Source of the DNA: the human T2T-CHM13v2.0 reference genome, Homo sapiens
Assembly (NCBI RefSeq): GCF_009914755.1
Contig: NC_060944.1
DNA length: 64,000 bases
Strand: one strand, 5' to 3'
Below the pieces are notes generated by a model that did not search any database, was not told the DNA's origin, and worked only from the letters and a program-made list of their open reading frames with translations. Positions within the stretch are counted from its first letter, which is position 1. Each line of letters starts with the position of its first letter. Shown here in pieces: positions 58,946 through 64,000 of the stretch. A program made the translations under genes and the position numbers.

Positions 58946-60543
58946 AGGGAAAAGAAAAGAATATGGAAAGGGTCCCCTGGGAAATTACTGAACTCCCTCC
59001 TAATATGGGCAGCTGATGGCTTAGGGCCACTGCACTTCAAATATTGAAGAAAATATGACTTGGCTTTATGGTTACAGACTAGAAACGTGTTGGTTACCAT
59101 AAAGGAAAGAGTCTTCCCAGGGAAGTTTTGATGGAAGAGCTCTTGTTGGACCTGTGGGGGTCAGGGCTGGTGCAGACATCTTCATCCAGCAGTGGGCCAG
59201 CTGTTTCTCCAATGCCTGGAGGAGCTAAATAATTGGATTTCAGAAGACTTTGAAGTTAGAAGGCTCCTTCCCCCATGGAATCAGTGCTGGAGGCACCGTC
59301 TCCTTTGGAGCGTGAGGAGGGCCTCCCTGTTCATTGTTGGCTGACTTTGGCACGGTGGCCTGGTTTAGAAGATTTGCCTGGGAATTGGGGGTTGTTTCTC
59401 TCTGTTACTATAGCTTCCCCTGAATGTGCTGCCTGGATTATTGCAATTGCTTCCCAGACGGTGCCTCCCACCCTGAACCAAATGCATTCTGCACGATGTT
59501 GTCAGATCCTTCTCCTTAAATTGCAACACAGACTCCGTCGCTAGTATTTCCTTTTGAAAAAAAGTCTGAGCTCAGTTTTGTATTTGAGGTTATCCACAAT
59601 ATGTTTCTGACCTTCTGTCCTTATACCTTTTGCACCTGGCTGCTGATTGAACATGTACACTGTTCTCTGAACACAGCCCCACTTTCTTATTTTTTGCCTT
59701 TGTCCTTGTCATTTCTTCCCCTGGGATACTCCTCTGTCAATCTTACTGGTCCTTCAAGGTTGAGCTTAATAGTCATGTCCTACAGGAAGACTCCTGGACT
59801 CCTCATTCTTGTCCTGTTTTTGATGAATCTTTTCACCTGCTACCCTGTGCAATTATCATTAGTGGATCTCTGAGAGTTTCTCCAGCTAGTCTCCAAGCTT
59901 CCCGGGTATAGATAGCACTTGTGATTTACTTCGGCATATCTTGTGATTACAGGGGTGATTAGTTGGAATGATGATAGGGAAAAAGAGCAGGAAAGGGGTC
60001 TGGCTAAGATACAGTAGGGAGCTATGGGTAGCTAGAGAGGTCATGCTTCCACTGAACAAAAGGGGAGGGAAGAAGCTGCCACTAGGCTCAGCCAGTTGTT
60101 GCCAGGAGAGAATTCTGCATTGCCGCAGCCCATGTTTCTCCAAGAGAAGCCTGAGATCTGGAGTTTTGTGTGAGACCTCTCTGAATGGGCACCTGGTCTC
60201 CAGTTTGATGCTGTTGACACCTGGCCTGATACCTACTCAAAAAATCCATCATTGAATGAACAGCCGTCGTGCTGGCTAGGGACTGAGACAGGATGTGAAG
60301 CCATATTGTTCCATCCTGTTTCCTATTTGTGTTGATTTAGCCCCACCTTGGCCTCTTTTTCAGAGAGTGCCTTAGTCCAGCTGGATTCATCAGGCTTGTT
60401 GATACATTGAGGGAAGCCAGGAGCTTTGCAGATAAGAAGCTGGGGAAAGGCAAGGTAAACACAATTAAGCCCCATTAGAGGGTCTTGGGGGTGAATGAAG
60501 TGCCAGTGTGTGAGGATGATGAATTAGGTTGGAGAGAAGGAAC

Positions 60544-60768
60544 TCAAGAATATATGTATAATAACTTGCCCTTGAATAAACATAAACCTGAATTACTCAG
60601 ACTTTGGGAAACGTATCAACTTTGGATTATTTTGTGACTGTCAGTTGAAGCCGAGGTGGGTAGGAGTAAGATTTGAAGAAATAGACGTTCTCATTGTCAG
60701 TTGTCCTGGGAAGAGAGGTGAAATGAGTTAGGGATCTGAATCCAGGATGACACTGTTTAGAAAAGGGT
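60544..60768 (+). repeat. Copy 2 of the ~225-bp direct duplication
   Basis: See 57715-57938. Confidence 0.9.
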
Positions 60769-61199
60769 CTCCCTGCTACCCCAGAGGCATAAGCCCCACA
60801 GTCACAATTCACTTGGACTCCCTTTGCAAGCCCGGCATTTGGGGACCTACATTGCCTGCCTCTGTTCCAAGCAAGCCTCATCTCCTGAAACATTTTTAAA
60901 ATTCTTCCAATTATTTAGGACTCAGGCTAATAATAACAATAATAGCTAATATTTACTAAGGGATTATGTGCCTGGCACAGTTTTAAAGCCTTTATGGGTT
61001 TGAACTCATTTAACATTCCCAGCAGCTTGTGAGATAGCTGTGTTATTATTCCCTTTTTACAGATGAGGAAAGGGATTCTCCTGCCTTGGCCTCCCAAAGC
61101 ACTGGGATTACAGGTGTGAGCTGCTGTGCCCAGCTCTCTTTTTAAAAAACCAATGTTAATACATGCAGACCCATATATTCTTTTTGTTGTGGTGGTGGT

Positions 61200-62065
<866 letters not shown>

Positions 62066-63629
62066 GATGCCCTATTGTTTTCCTCACCTCATTCATTTTA
62101 TATTGCTGTCTGATACTGTACAGTATTTCATTTCACTTGGCTTCACTTACAACCAATGCTGCAGTGACCGTCTCTGGACTTGTCTCCATGTGCACACAGG
62201 TGAGTATTTCTCTAAGGTAAGCACTGACCACATCAATGGTATTGGGTCAACAATAGTCTGGATTACCATGTTTAATTTCACTTTACAAGGGGTTTAGTCT
62301 TCGGTGCCAAGTCCACCATCTCCCACGATCTCAGTCTTCCATTGCTTTTGGTGCGCCCCAGTGTCTCTCCCCAGAGCAGGGGGGAACCACTTCCCTTCAC
62401 ATTCCTACTTCCTACCCATCGAGAGGCAGGAACACGAACCCCACAGCTGAGCTGGGCTCCCGCTTTCTTTGTCTGTCCTGAGCTGTCTTGCGAGAATAAC
62501 ACTCAAGCTCCACTGTTCCCTCCTTGAGTTGTAGTATCGGCAACCTGATGCTCATTCTTCCATTCAAACAGTTTGTGCAGTTTCTGCCACCAGAGGCATC
62601 ACCCTCGATAGTGTCTGCTTAATCGATGCCACCCAACCAGTTATTCTTGCCTCAGTTCCACCTCTTCCAGGATGCCTGCCCTGCTTACTACCACCCATTC
62701 TTTTCTCTTTCTTTTCTGGACTTAATAATGACAATAATAATAAATAATAGTTACTCTTTATTGAGTCCTATTTGAGAGATGCACATGTGCTCCTTTTTGA
62801 ATCCTCACAGAAGCCCTGAGAGGCACATGCTACGGTTTTTCATATTTTACAGCAGAAGAAACAGACACAGAGAGGTTGAGTAACTTTCCCCAGGTTACCT
62901 TGCTGTCAAGTGGCAGTGCTGGTTCCAAGCTCACGCAGTCAGGCTCCGAGTGTCCTGCGTTTGCCTTGCTGGCCGTCTGAACCGTTCGCTTTGTCACACC
63001 ATCATAAACCGCCTGGCAGTGCCTGTAACTCCCAGTGAGGTCGATACCCTTTTCAAGAGCTGCGCTCTTTCCCTTCCTGGTGTTCTAGGCACGCAGCTGG
63101 TGCCCAGCAAATGCTCTTGACTTCTTGGTCTCATTACTCTCTGTGAGGAAACCTGCAGGCTGTTTTCCAGGAACAAAAGGTAAATAATTTCCTGTCATCA
63201 GAAGCAGTGATGGAAAAGGGGTGTTGTAAAGGCAATCTCTCTGCTTGTGAAAAAGAGGCAAGGAGACACAGCCAAACCAAGAGGCAGAACGAGTCCTCAA
63301 TCCTCATTTCTGAAGGAGAGCTTGATGAATGTTCATGTATTGAAAATGTTTTGATACCTGTAAGGATCACGTATCCAACGATGTGGACAATGACACGGTC
63401 CCCAACCTCAAGGAATCACAGTGGGGAGACTGGGAGATGAAATGCAGCGATGAGAAAGTGTGATTCTTTCCAAGGTCAAGTCATCACAGAGTGAGGGTGC
63501 TTGATGCTTGTGTGTGTGTATACATGTGAGTGCATGTATGTGAGCGTGTGTGTTTAGATGAATGTGTGCTTGCCTCTGTGTGTCTGTACCTAAATGGTTT
63601 TATCAGGAGGGTCTTCCTAAAGAAGCTGA

Positions 63630-64000
63630 TTGTATTATCTGTTGCTGTGTAATGAATTACTCAAAACTTAGCGACTTAAAACAACACATATTTGTCATTT
63701 CACAGTTTCTGTGGGTCAAGATTCCAGGCTTCCTTGAGTACCCTACCTCGCCCCTCAAAAGTCTGCAGTGAAGGCTGAGGTCTCATCTGAAAGCCTGGCT
63801 GGCTGAGGAGGATCCACTTCCAAACTTTCTCGTGGTTATTGTCAGGATTCAGTTTCTTGTGGGCACCAGCTTCCAACAAACCAAGTGAGATAGAGAGAGC
63901 AAGATGGGGTGAGCAACATGGACCCAGCGTAGTTAGGTAACCTTACTTCGAACAGACATCCCATCACTTTCACTATATTCTATTTGTTAGAAGTGAGTTG
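63630..64000 (-). mobile_element. MLT1-type LTR fragment
   Basis: TGTATTATCTGTTGCTGTGTAA...CTTAAAACAACACATATTT...CACAGTTTCTGTGGGTCA. Confidence 0.55.

Overview
Primate (human-like) genomic DNA, rich in Alu, L1, L2/MIR, LTR and DNA-transposon repeats. It holds one protein-coding gene, KCNG1 (Kv6.1, a silent modifier voltage-gated K+ channel subunit), on the minus strand. The gene has a probable non-coding first exon in a CpG island (~31.1-32.7 kb), a T1/S1 exon (CDS 18918-18145) and an S2-S6/pore exon (CDS 13383-12616); these splice in phase 0 to 513 aa. I found no other credible genes, RNA genes or CRISPR arrays, and no evidence for a wholly new gene system. The most unusual structures are: (1) a 51 x 25-bp minisatellite amplified from the 5' end of a single Alu (40026-41302), with three linked unit types and higher-order periodicity; (2) four apparently locally templated copy events (16.2, 43.7, 50.9 and 57.7/60.5 kb), one a two-template insertion with a fold-back junction; (3) a pair of old paralogous segments, one showing the empty site of a Tigger3 insertion, each hit independently by an Alu at nearly the same position; (4) KCNG1 regulatory candidates: an in-frame AUG-UGA start-stop element 15 nt before the main AUG, and an intronic read-through/poly(A) route to a pore-less 275-aa T1-S1 protein. 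Repeat subfamily names come from recalled consensus sequences, and most repeat boundaries are approximate.
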